Shown: positions 28,366-36,770 of the stretch, one piece after another
Numbering within the stretch: the stretch's first letter is position 1
How the letters are laid out: each line of letters begins with the position of its first letter
Origin: Candidatus Pacearchaeota archaeon
GTDB taxonomy: Archaea > Nanobdellota > Nanobdellia > Pacearchaeales > GW2011-AR1
Direction: 5' to 3'
Assembly: GCA_018303785.1 (NCBI GenBank)
Contig: JAGVXM010000001.1
Coordinates: 1 to 61,605, forward strand
DNA length: 61,605 nucleotides
Position numbers and translations under genes: made by a program
The notes under the pieces: generated by a model
What the model was told of the DNA's origin: nothing
What the model saw: the letters and a program-made list of their open reading frames with translations, nothing else
Database searches by the model: none

Positions 28366-28376
28366 GCGGGGAGCGT
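28366..28376. repeat. Inverted copy GCGGGGAGCGT (R3)
   Basis: Its reverse complement ACGCTCCCCGC matches R1 ACGCTCCCGC apart from one extra C. Confidence 0.4.
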
Positions 28377-28385
28377 TAAAACAGC

Positions 28386-28399
28386 TTTATCGTCGATAA
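28386..28399. repeat. 14-nt palindromic motif TTTATCGTCGATAA (copy 2)
   Basis: It is identical to 775-788. A degenerate copy TTTATCGTCAAT lies at 28345-28356. Confidence 0.5.
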
Positions 28400-28407
28400 G
28401 GTCGGCA

Positions 28408-28481
28408 CGCCCCCACGAGGATTTGAACCCCGGTTTCAAGCTCCGCAAGCTCGCGTTCTATCCAGGCTGAACTATAAGGGC
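28408..28481 (-). tRNA. tRNA-Arg (anticodon GCG)
   Basis: The rc reads GCCCTTA-TA-GTTC..GAAC-G-CGAGC-TTGCGGA-GCTTG-AAAC-CGGGG-TTCAAAT-CCTCG-TGGGGGC-G. The cloverleaf folds by hand (acceptor stem with 2 G-U pairs) and no CCA is encoded. Confidence 0.85.
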
Positions 28482-28542
28482 ATATAATTTATAAAATATG
28501 AAGGTTTATAGCTTTAACGAAAAAAACTAACCAATATCATTC

Positions 28543-28839
28543 ATGGAAAGAAATTATACCCAAGAGTTTTTGGACTCATTATATAATCAGCCTCCGCTTT
28601 TAGATAGTATGCATCGCCTACTCATAGAAAAACCAACTCTACTTGATAATCTCCATTCAAAAGATATAATTCAAGCATATATTTATTATAGAGTATTTAA
28701 AAAAACAGTCGAAAAAAATTTTTTGAGAAAAAAACTTGAAAATTCAGTGAGGGACGACAAGAATAATCTAATTAATAAATGCAAAATATGCGAATTGGTC
28801 GAATTTACAGCAAAAGATAACTACTTCTCACAACTCTGA
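28543..28839 (+). CDS. Hypothetical protein (98 aa)
   Basis: The only evidence is the open reading frame. Confidence 0.4.
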   Translation: MERNYTQEFLDSLYNQPPLLDSMHRLLIEKPTLLDNLHSKDIIQAYIYYRVFKKTVEKNFLRKKLENSVRDDKNNLINKCKICELVEFTAKDNYFSQL

Positions 28840-29183
28840 AAATTAATCTTTAATCCTTCAGGACAACCGCAAGTATGCGCCTTCTCTAATAATTGTCCAT
28901 TATAACAAAACAGAGGCTTTTTTTCCGAACATTCATTTAATGCTGTTCCATCTTCACATGTCTTCCCTTCGACAAAACCGGGAGTTTCCGTTTCTGATTT
29001 TGGAGTGGGTAATTTAAATTTAAAATCATAATTAAAATTAAGGTCGATCATATTTTTTTGACTCGCATAGACAAAAAGTGATATAAAATTTATAATGACT
29101 AACGTACCAATAAGAAATAACAGTTTTTTTGCATATTTTCTGCGCAGATCAAATGTTTCCGAATTATTATCACCTTTTTTCAT
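28821..29183 (-). CDS. Membrane-anchored Cys-rich small protein (120 aa)
   Basis: It has an N-terminal TM segment and a C-terminal region with 6 Cys. Confidence 0.5.
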   Translation of the reverse strand: MKKGDNNSETFDLRRKYAKKLLFLIGTLVIINFISLFVYASQKNMIDLNFNYDFKFKLPTPKSETETPGFVEGKTCEDGTALNECSEKKPLFCYNGQLLEKAHTCGCPEGLKINFQSCEK

Positions 29184-29234
29184 AATACTATATCTTCGCT
29201 GATTTTAAAAATATTTTTGCGGTGAAGTATACGA

Positions 29235-30314
29235 TTAAATTCTTACTAAGGGGGCATAAAATCGGTCTAAACGCTTTAAACAACGGACTTTATCCACGCT
29301 ATTTATCTTTGCGTCTACTATCGCTTGCTGCAAGAATTCAGTATTTTCTGTCATAACCTTCTTATCTACTGGATATGGCCAACCGTCTTTCCCACCATGA
29401 GCAAAAGAAAATTTAACCGGATCCTTCCATGATAATTCAGTTCCATGAATTAAATGCGATATCATGGCCAATGCCCGAATATTTTTCTGCCCCATGCCTT
29501 TTATTAAAATCATTTCCTCATAATTTTCCGGCTGCATTTCATAAACTTTCAGCAAAGTTTTCAAATCAGCGTTTATTGACGGGAAATGTTGTGATGGCAT
29601 AGAAAAAGCTGCAGTTTTATTAAAATCAAATAGAGTCCTTTGATTATGTATTTTTAATGGTTGAATATATTTTTTCAAACGAGTAGGATTATCCTTAATT
29701 AAATCCAAGGAACATTTTCTTGTTTCCTTACTTTCGTATGCAGTTAAATTTAACGTATTAGTTAATAAATCTGATATAATGCCAGCATGAGGCTCGTTAA
29801 CAAAATTTAAATTTTCATTATTGATCCAATGATATCGTCGAGCATATCTATCCTTCATTCCTTGCTGAACAACCGCCCACGAGTGCTGAGTAAAAAATAT
29901 TGTATGATGATATAAATTAAAACTATCCTGAACTAAAGCATTGTCAACTTTTGCAGATAATCTAGAAATTCTAATAAGTTCATTGATTTTTTGTTCTGAA
30001 AAATTAAACCTTTCTCCTAACGATTTAATTTCTTCCGGAGCTTTTCGCGCCAGTTTTTTCCCGCCGGCAATACCAATCGCAGGATTTTCTTTTAATGCTT
30101 CTTTCAAAGCGCCGGTTGTCGTCGTAGTCAATCCAGAGGAATGCCAATCAAATCCAAGCACACAGCCAAAAGACTGAAACCAATAAGGATCAGAAAGTTT
30201 TTTCAGTAATTCATCTTCACCATATTCATTAATAATTAATTCAGAAATTTCTTTAGATAAATTTTTCATTAACGGAAACAGCCATCGAGGACAGTTTCCA
30301 GTGTGCAAAGGCAA
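29235..30314 (-). CDS. DUF763-family protein
   Basis: PLHTGNCPRWLF and DPYWFQSFGCVLGFDWHSSGLTTT match my recollection of the DUF763 N-terminal signature. Confidence 0.6.
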   Translation of the reverse strand: MPLHTGNCPRWLFPLMKNLSKEISELIINEYGEDELLKKLSDPYWFQSFGCVLGFDWHSSGLTTTTTGALKEALKENPAIGIAGGKKLARKAPEEIKSLGERFNFSEQKINELIRISRLSAKVDNALVQDSFNLYHHTIFFTQHSWAVVQQGMKDRYARRYHWINNENLNFVNEPHAGIISDLLTNTLNLTAYESKETRKCSLDLIKDNPTRLKKYIQPLKIHNQRTLFDFNKTAAFSMPSQHFPSINADLKTLLKVYEMQPENYEEMILIKGMGQKNIRALAMISHLIHGTELSWKDPVKFSFAHGGKDGWPYPVDKKVMTENTEFLQQAIVDAKINSVDKVRCLKRLDRFYAPLVRI

Positions 30315-30383
30315 ATCGACTATTCCAGAAATTTTTTTGAATGTTCATCACCTGGTTCTTATGGTAATCTCTATTTTTATATT

Positions 30384-30937
30384 TTATGTGGGTAAAATTA
30401 TTTCGAAAAGAAAAGGGATTTCTTGAACTATAGCATCTGTCATTTCACAACGATATACTAACTCATCCTGGGATAAATTTCCTTTCAATTTTCTTTGTTC
30501 ATATATCTGCTTAGTCTGAGAAAGGGACTCTTGAATCATCTTAAAAATTTTCGTTTTCCCCGAAGGTTTCATAATAAATTGTAGTAATATCTGAGTTACT
30601 AATATCCTCTGGAAAAATTTCATCACTTTTTCTTCTGATATTTTCGACTAAATTAATATAATAATGAGTTAAATCTGAAAAATGAGTACTTCTTTCTAAA
30701 TGGCGTAAATTTCTCGAGAAAATTCTGTGAGTCCTCAAATAATTGTTTCTGTAAATCACTAAAAAAATCTCTTTTTACAGCAGTTTCCAATGTTTTACTC
30801 CCTAATAAATGATTTTGTATTCTTTGTTGAAATTGATAATATAATCCAGGAGTAAATTTAAGCTTAAAATTTTGTTCATACCATTCATCTGATCTTTTAA
30901 GAACATAATCTTTCTCAAGTTCCATAAAAAATGACAT
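30384..30937 (-). pseudogene. Hypothetical ~185-codon gene broken by two frameshifts
   Basis: Three overlapping ORFs (30653-30937, 30541-30759, 30384-30626) lie in successive frames and read on from one another. The junctions are near short homopolymers. Confidence 0.55.
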
Positions 30938-30948
30938 TAAAAGAGTTT

Positions 30949-31173
30949 TTAATGATTATTATTATCAACTCGATATTTCACATAAATATCATACTGCATC
31001 GTTCCATTAACAGGGTTATCACGAATTTAATATCCTTCCACAGAACGTTTTCTTAACAATAACTTTTCATTATTCCCAACTAGATACAGCAATCAATCAT
31101 CGGTGCTTAAATATAATTTAGGATAATCTGTATATTTGCCTTCTAAAAACTCAAGCCCTTGTCTCTCGCTCAT
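30949..31173 (-). pseudogene. 75-codon frame with two internal stops (TGA 31093-31095, TAA 31027-31029)
   Basis: The frame reads MSERQGLEFLEGKYTDYPKLYLSTDD*LLYLVGNNEKLLLRKRSVEGY*IRDNPVNGTMQYDIYVKYRVDNNNH. A TATA (31197-31204, minus strand) lies ~30 nt upstream of the ATG. Confidence 0.5.
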
Positions 31174-31193
31174 AAATATACAAACAAGAACTA

Positions 31194-32906
31194 TTATTTA
31201 TAATTATTGATTTGTGACGGATTTATCGGTCCACGTCCTGAATAATACATTCCGAATCTTCCTGACTGTTGCCAAGTTGGACCATAAGCCATAGAGTATA
31301 CAGGAGAATCCAATGCTTCAATACTAGGAAAAAATGGCGTACCGCCGCCTTGCTGCGCAAAAAACTGCCACCAATTACCGGCCTCAATAATCTCCTTGCC
31401 TTTGAAACCAGCTTTCTTAATCTCATCAATCATCGGCTTAAACGGAACATTACCCATTCCCATTGGCAATTCAGTATGATCCAAACCAAAATTATCTGAT
31501 AAATGAACATGATTAACAAAAGGCGCAATTTTTTTCGTCTCAGCGATAACATCTTTTTCAGTATATCCTTTCTTTCGCATCATATTAATATGACCAACAT
31601 CCCATGTCGCGCCAATCATTTTTTCAGCAGTCGCTCGCGCTTCTGATTCCGACATATTTTTCGCTTTAACCAGATTTTTAGCCATTTTCTCTCGAGACTC
31701 TTTAATCAAATTGATAAGATCATCAGCAGAACTCAATCCATGTTGTCCTGACGGTGGATTTTCAACGTTAAGAATAGGCGCTTTATCTCCATATTTTAAA
31801 TAAGCAGTAGTAGTTGCATTAGCAAAAGTTTGGGAAATTTTATCAACAGCAAATCTTTCAAGCTCTTGCCATTGTTTTGGGGGATCCTGTAAAGTGTTCA
31901 ATACTTTTAGACCTCTATCGATAACATCTCTTACCTCTTCAAGTCTCTTAGGATCTTTTTCTATACCATGAGTAATTACGGGCGCAATTTTTTTCGCAAA
32001 TTCATCCATTTTTTTCTTGTCTCCCTGATTATCTATACGATTATAAGTTTGATTAAAAAGCTCACGGAATTGACGAAAAGATCCCCGTAAATATAATTGG
32101 CTATGAGTTAATGCGCGTTGTAATTCTTCATATCGCTGTCTTTCATTTTCATCATGAATTGATTTAGGATCCATATTTTGTAGCTGTTCATAATCAGAAA
32201 TTTGTTTTAGCTCCCGTAATGGCTGTGATCCAATATCGACACCACGATTAATCTCCTGCAAACTTCCTGTCCAAAGCTCATCATTAATACGTCTCAACTC
32301 CTCTTCAGAATTATATGGCGCGGCTTTACCTGTAAATTTTCCTTCATCAGGAAAATAAGATTTTCTTGGACGTAACAGCTGGAACTGTCCCGTTTCAGGA
32401 TTAACAATCCATACTCCCTCTTCAACTTTTTTCTTGTCTTCACCAATATAATGCGGTTTTAATTCCGGCAATGCAGATGTCGAATGAACAGTCACAGAAA
32501 TATTTCCTTCATTAGACATTTTCTGCGCACGCAATAAAGTAGATTCCAATTGCTTTTCAGTTCCGACTCTAATTTCCTCTTGATAACCTCTTTCACCTAT
32601 TCCGGAAAATTCAATCATCGGACCATGTAATGAAGTAGTTACACCAGTCAATTTCGTCAATCGTCTGATTTCTTCGAGATGTTGTTCAGGAATAGATTCC
32701 CAAACAGCCGGAGTTATTCCTTGAACTTCAATGGATTTTACTCCAGGATTTATTTTTGCATTTAATTCCCCAAGTTGATTTGCAGTTCGCGGATCAACAG
32801 ACATTCCTATTTCAGAAATTCTTGATTGATAAATCGGCGCAACATAATAACTCGGTAACATCGTCGAATACTTCGACCCCGGAAAAACAGATTCATAGGT
32901 TGTCAT
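31194..32906 (-). CDS. Xylose-isomerase-like TIM-barrel protein with a ~245-aa insertion (570 aa)
   Basis: Barrel strings are SLHGP, VTVHSTS, ILNVEN, WDVGH and VNHVHLSDNFGLDHTELPMGMGNVPF. A helical insert lies between VHSTS and ILNVEN. Confidence 0.65.
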   Translation of the reverse strand: MTTYESVFPGSKYSTMLPSYYVAPIYQSRISEIGMSVDPRTANQLGELNAKINPGVKSIEVQGITPAVWESIPEQHLEEIRRLTKLTGVTTSLHGPMIEFSGIGERGYQEEIRVGTEKQLESTLLRAQKMSNEGNISVTVHSTSALPELKPHYIGEDKKKVEEGVWIVNPETGQFQLLRPRKSYFPDEGKFTGKAAPYNSEEELRRINDELWTGSLQEINRGVDIGSQPLRELKQISDYEQLQNMDPKSIHDENERQRYEELQRALTHSQLYLRGSFRQFRELFNQTYNRIDNQGDKKKMDEFAKKIAPVITHGIEKDPKRLEEVRDVIDRGLKVLNTLQDPPKQWQELERFAVDKISQTFANATTTAYLKYGDKAPILNVENPPSGQHGLSSADDLINLIKESREKMAKNLVKAKNMSESEARATAEKMIGATWDVGHINMMRKKGYTEKDVIAETKKIAPFVNHVHLSDNFGLDHTELPMGMGNVPFKPMIDEIKKAGFKGKEIIEAGNWWQFFAQQGGGTPFFPSIEALDSPVYSMAYGPTWQQSGRFGMYYSGRGPINPSQINNYK

Positions 32907-32948
32907 ATATCACCTTAAGTATAAAGAAAAATTTCTATTTAAATATTG

Positions 32949-33257
32949 TTAAAAACGTTTCATTCGTTCTTTCCGTTCATTTTCATTATCATAACTCTTT
33001 TGAGGATTTTTTTCCCGTTCAAAATCACTTCCCATTAAAACATCCGGACTACCATCAGGAGTTTGATTTTGAAACTCATAATTTTTTGAAGCAAAGTAAT
33101 CGTTGTTCAAAGAATATTCTCCCTCTCGCTTATCTAAACCATATGTAGAAAAATTAGCAATATTTTTGGTAGACGCCGATACTGGAACTTCAGTTTCCAA
33201 CGTCCTATTATTAGTAAAGTTTTCTTCAACAGGCAAAATATCCTCGAGAGTTCTCAA
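32949..33257 (-). CDS. Hypothetical protein; probably the 3' part of a gene starting at ATG 33406
   Basis: It has a TTG start in the ORF track. An ATG-initiated frame (33406) is offset by one base across a T10 run (33327-33336). Confidence 0.45.
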   Translation of the reverse strand: MRTLEDILPVEENFTNNRTLETEVPVSASTKNIANFSTYGLDKREGEYSLNNDYFASKNYEFQNQTPDGSPDVLMGSDFEREKNPQKSYDNENERKERMKRF

Positions 33258-33436
33258 TGTAATATTAGGAGAATTATCAGTAATTACAGTAACAGGAATA
33301 TCAGATTTCTTTTCCTCAATTTTTTCTTTTTTTTTTCCCTGGATAAAATTATTCCTTTTTTAATTACTTCTTTCAGGACAATAGTTTCTTTACGTAATTT
33401 TTTCATTACAAAATAAAGAAATGCAATTATATAACC

Positions 33437-35536
33437 TTACCGTGTATTAGAACGCTTCAAAAATTCTTCTATAAACTTTTTGTTTTTTTCTTGATCAACT
33501 ACACTTTTAATCTCATAAACCTTACCATCACCCTTTTTTTCGGCTTTTATCTCAGCGCTTCCCCTCTCATAAGATTCTTTTGAAATTAAAATTGTTTTAT
33601 CAGCTTGATCAGCAAGTTTCTTCGCTCCAATAATTACATTTCCTAACGGTGTAAACTTGAGCTTTTTATTTTCAACTTTAGCAAGAATCTCACCAGAATT
33701 AATACCAATTCCGTAATCAATAATCTCTTTAAATTTACCGTTATGATCTTTAATAGCCATAGAAATTTTCTCGGCAAGTTTTGCAGCTTCAATCTCATTT
33801 TTCATATTCTTCGTCATTAAATCACTAAGAATTACAAAAATAAAATTTCCTTCCTCATAAACTGCCCCTCTTCGTTGATAAACCTGTTCAATAGCCTTTT
33901 CTATATTTTGTTTTGATTGAGCGTTCAACGTATTCTTAATCTTCAAAGCAATAACAGCAGATTTACTTCGATGTCCTTTTTGCAACAAAACCGATTCAGC
34001 TTGACTAGGTGCGGGATTCATAGGTGAAAAATTCATTCCTGACTTCTCCTTCGCTTCGTCCTTCAACGTTTGAATAGTCTTGACTTCAGTTTTAGGTTCT
34101 TTAGATTTTTCTTTTATATCATGATAGGCATAAGATCTTTTTTTGAAAATATTTCTAAATAAAAATAAAACGCCAAGTAATAAAATAACTATCAAAAAAA
34201 TCCAAATGATCGGACTCTTAAAAACAGATAAACTACCTCCAGACTTTGCTTCATTAACACTAACTGCATAACCTGTAAGAACAACTCCATCCTGCAACAA
34301 TTCTGAATCTCCATCGCTAATCTTAACATTATACGCACTGTTAGCTCCAGTCAGTTTGAATCTTGCGTTTTCTCCAAGTGCTAAATCGATTTTCTTGACG
34401 AATGGCTTATCATTCAGCATTATTTCTAAATCTCTTTTATAAGGAATATTTCCAATATTTGTCACCGTCAACGTTTGATTTTGTAATAAAAAAGAAGCAA
34501 TAGCCTTTTCATTTATGAATACACGTTTCTTTGCAGAAAATTCTCCGCTGCGAGCTTCAACTTCATAATATCCTGCAGTTAAATTAGTAGGAATTATATA
34601 ATTAAACACTTCTGTTGATGCAAATATTTTTTCATAAATTCGAGTTTGCGTTTTTTCATCTCGGATTATAGTTGATACCTCGCTATCTATAGTAGATCCA
34701 GCCTGATCTAATAAATTTGCCTTAACTTCTAAGGTTTCACCAGGCTCTAAGCTCGGATAATTTAATGCCAAATCAATAGAACTTAAAATTTGAAAAACCT
34801 GCAAGCTTGCAATTGCCACACCTTCGCTTGCCTTATCATTCCCTAACATTTCATACGCTAATATCTCTAACCTAAAATTACCAGCAGGTGTTTTTTCTTC
34901 TAATGTTATAGGAATTGAAAACTGACCATTAGTTATCTTCCCATAATACGATGAAAATAAAGTAGCAGCTGTTTGCGGCGTAGTTTCTATCTCAGCAGTC
35001 GAGTTATCGCTGTCGTTGGATATATCCGTAGTCTCTGTTGTTGGAGCAGAAGTAATCACCATTTCAGGAATTGAAACCTGAAGCTCCCCATTTATAGGAA
35101 ATCCATTTTGCCTGTTCGCACTACCAGAAATTACAATTTCTTCACCAGGATTTGAAAAAAAACTATCGCTGGTTATTGAAACAACTAATCGTTTTGAAAT
35201 TTCGAAATCTTCAGAAACTCGGCTCTCACCATTATAAGAAGCATAAAAAGTACATTTTCCTTCAATTTGATTAATGGTATGAATATTTAACGGCACCTTT
35301 ATATTTACAGCGCCATTTTCAGGGAAATTGTTGAATTCTATAACTTTATTGGAATTACATAATAATACGGTGTTCAATAATCGTCCATCAACTACAGGAT
35401 CTACCGTTGTCTCTAAAACAATCATATCTCCTAAATTATATTTTTCATCAAGGCTTGAAAAGAAAACTCCGGCAGAAACATAGGATACCGTTAAAAGCAA
35501 ATATAATCCAATAAATGCAAAACTACTCTTTTTCAT
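33437..35536 (-). CDS. Surface protein (signal peptide, large ectodomain, one TM) with a cytoplasmic degenerate class-III cyclase-like domain
   Basis: The signal is MKKSSFAFIGLYLLLTVSYVSAG and the TM is IIWIFLIVILLLGVLFLF. In the C-terminus, YGIGINSGEILAKV...PLGNVIIGAKKLADQADKTILISKESYER parallels RIGIHTG...G..VN.A.RLE......I.VS..TY. Confidence 0.6.
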   Translation of the reverse strand: MKKSSFAFIGLYLLLTVSYVSAGVFFSSLDEKYNLGDMIVLETTVDPVVDGRLLNTVLLCNSNKVIEFNNFPENGAVNIKVPLNIHTINQIEGKCTFYASYNGESRVSEDFEISKRLVVSITSDSFFSNPGEEIVISGSANRQNGFPINGELQVSIPEMVITSAPTTETTDISNDSDNSTAEIETTPQTAATLFSSYYGKITNGQFSIPITLEEKTPAGNFRLEILAYEMLGNDKASEGVAIASLQVFQILSSIDLALNYPSLEPGETLEVKANLLDQAGSTIDSEVSTIIRDEKTQTRIYEKIFASTEVFNYIIPTNLTAGYYEVEARSGEFSAKKRVFINEKAIASFLLQNQTLTVTNIGNIPYKRDLEIMLNDKPFVKKIDLALGENARFKLTGANSAYNVKISDGDSELLQDGVVLTGYAVSVNEAKSGGSLSVFKSPIIWIFLIVILLLGVLFLFRNIFKKRSYAYHDIKEKSKEPKTEVKTIQTLKDEAKEKSGMNFSPMNPAPSQAESVLLQKGHRSKSAVIALKIKNTLNAQSKQNIEKAIEQVYQRRGAVYEEGNFIFVILSDLMTKNMKNEIEAAKLAEKISMAIKDHNGKFKEIIDYGIGINSGEILAKVENKKLKFTPLGNVIIGAKKLADQADKTILISKESYERGSAEIKAEKKGDGKVYEIKSVVDQEKNKKFIEEFLKRSNTR

Positions 35537-35619
35537 ATATAAAAGACTTATTTTCTCTATTTAAATTTTCTCCTAATCCACAATTATTATATTTGTAATA
35601 ACTATTCTAAACCGCCATC

Positions 35620-35627
35620 TTTAAATA
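35620..35627 (+). promoter_or_regulatory. TATA box (TTTAAATA) 29 nt upstream of ATG 35649
   Basis: The spacing is leaderless. Confidence 0.45.
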
Positions 35628-35648
35628 ATTCTTTTTCTCTCTCTTAAT

Positions 35649-36770
35649 ATGAGAAGAGCGCATCCAAGTGTTACACCGTGGGAAGTTTCTGGAGAAATCA
35701 ATTATGAAAAATTAATAAAAGAATTTGGAGTAGAGAAAATCGATGAAAAAATTCTCGAAAGAATAAAAAAACATTCTCCTATTCATTACATGCTGAAAAG
35801 AAAAGTATTTTTTGCAGGACGAGATTTAAAATGGATTTTAGATGAGTACGATAAAGGAAATAAATTTTTTTTGTATACCGGCAGAGCTCCATCTGGAAAA
35901 GTTCATCTAGGGCATATAATGCCTTGGCTATTTACAAAATGGCTACAAGATATTTTTGATGTTGAATTATGGTTTCAATTTCCGGACGAAGAAAAAATGT
36001 TATTTAAAAAAGATATTTCATTTTCAGATACCAAAAAGTTTCTTGAGGATAATATGCTCGATGTAATTGCATTAGGTTTCAATCCAAAAAAAACACATTT
36101 CATTATAGATACTAAGCACGCACAATTAATGTATAAGCCCGCCTGCGAAGTTGCCAAAAAAATTACTTTTTCTATGGTTAAAACTTCATTTGGCCTTAAT
36201 GAAAGCTCAAATATTGGCCAGATTTTTTATACAAGCATGCAAGCAGTTCCAGCATTTCTCCCATCAATAATTAAAGAAAAAAATATCCCTTGTTTAATCC
36301 CGCATGCAGTCGATCAAGACCCTCATTTTAGATTGTCGCGAGATATTTTGCCGAAGCTAGGCTATTATAAACCAGCTTCAATCCAATGTATCTTCTTACC
36401 ACCTTTATCGGGTAACGAGGGAAAAATGTCCTCATCCGAACAATATACAATCTATACTACCGATTCACCGAAAGAAGTCAAAGATAAAATTAATAAATAT
36501 GCATTTTCCGGCGGGCAAGCTACACTAGATGAGCACCGAAAAAAAGGCGGGAATCCTTACATTGATGTATCATTTCAATATCTTCGAATGCTTTTAGAAG
36601 AAGATGATAAAAAACTAAAACAGATCCATGATGATTATAAATTCGGAAAACTAACAACAGGAGAACTAAAAAAATACACCATTGAAAAAATAAATTCTTT
36701 TTTGGAAAAACATCAAAAAGAAAGAGAAAAAGCAAAAAAGAAAATTGATGAGTTTATCTATACTAGTTAA
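35649..36770 (+). CDS. trpS: Tryptophan--tRNA ligase (archaeal type)
   Basis: Motifs seen are the N-terminal VTPWEVSGEINYEKLIKEFG, the HIGH-type GKVHLGH and KMSSS. Confidence 0.85.
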   Translation: MRRAHPSVTPWEVSGEINYEKLIKEFGVEKIDEKILERIKKHSPIHYMLKRKVFFAGRDLKWILDEYDKGNKFFLYTGRAPSGKVHLGHIMPWLFTKWLQDIFDVELWFQFPDEEKMLFKKDISFSDTKKFLEDNMLDVIALGFNPKKTHFIIDTKHAQLMYKPACEVAKKITFSMVKTSFGLNESSNIGQIFYTSMQAVPAFLPSIIKEKNIPCLIPHAVDQDPHFRLSRDILPKLGYYKPASIQCIFLPPLSGNEGKMSSSEQYTIYTTDSPKEVKDKINKYAFSGGQATLDEHRKKGGNPYIDVSFQYLRMLLEEDDKKLKQIHDDYKFGKLTTGELKKYTIEKINSFLEKHQKEREKAKKKIDEFIYTS

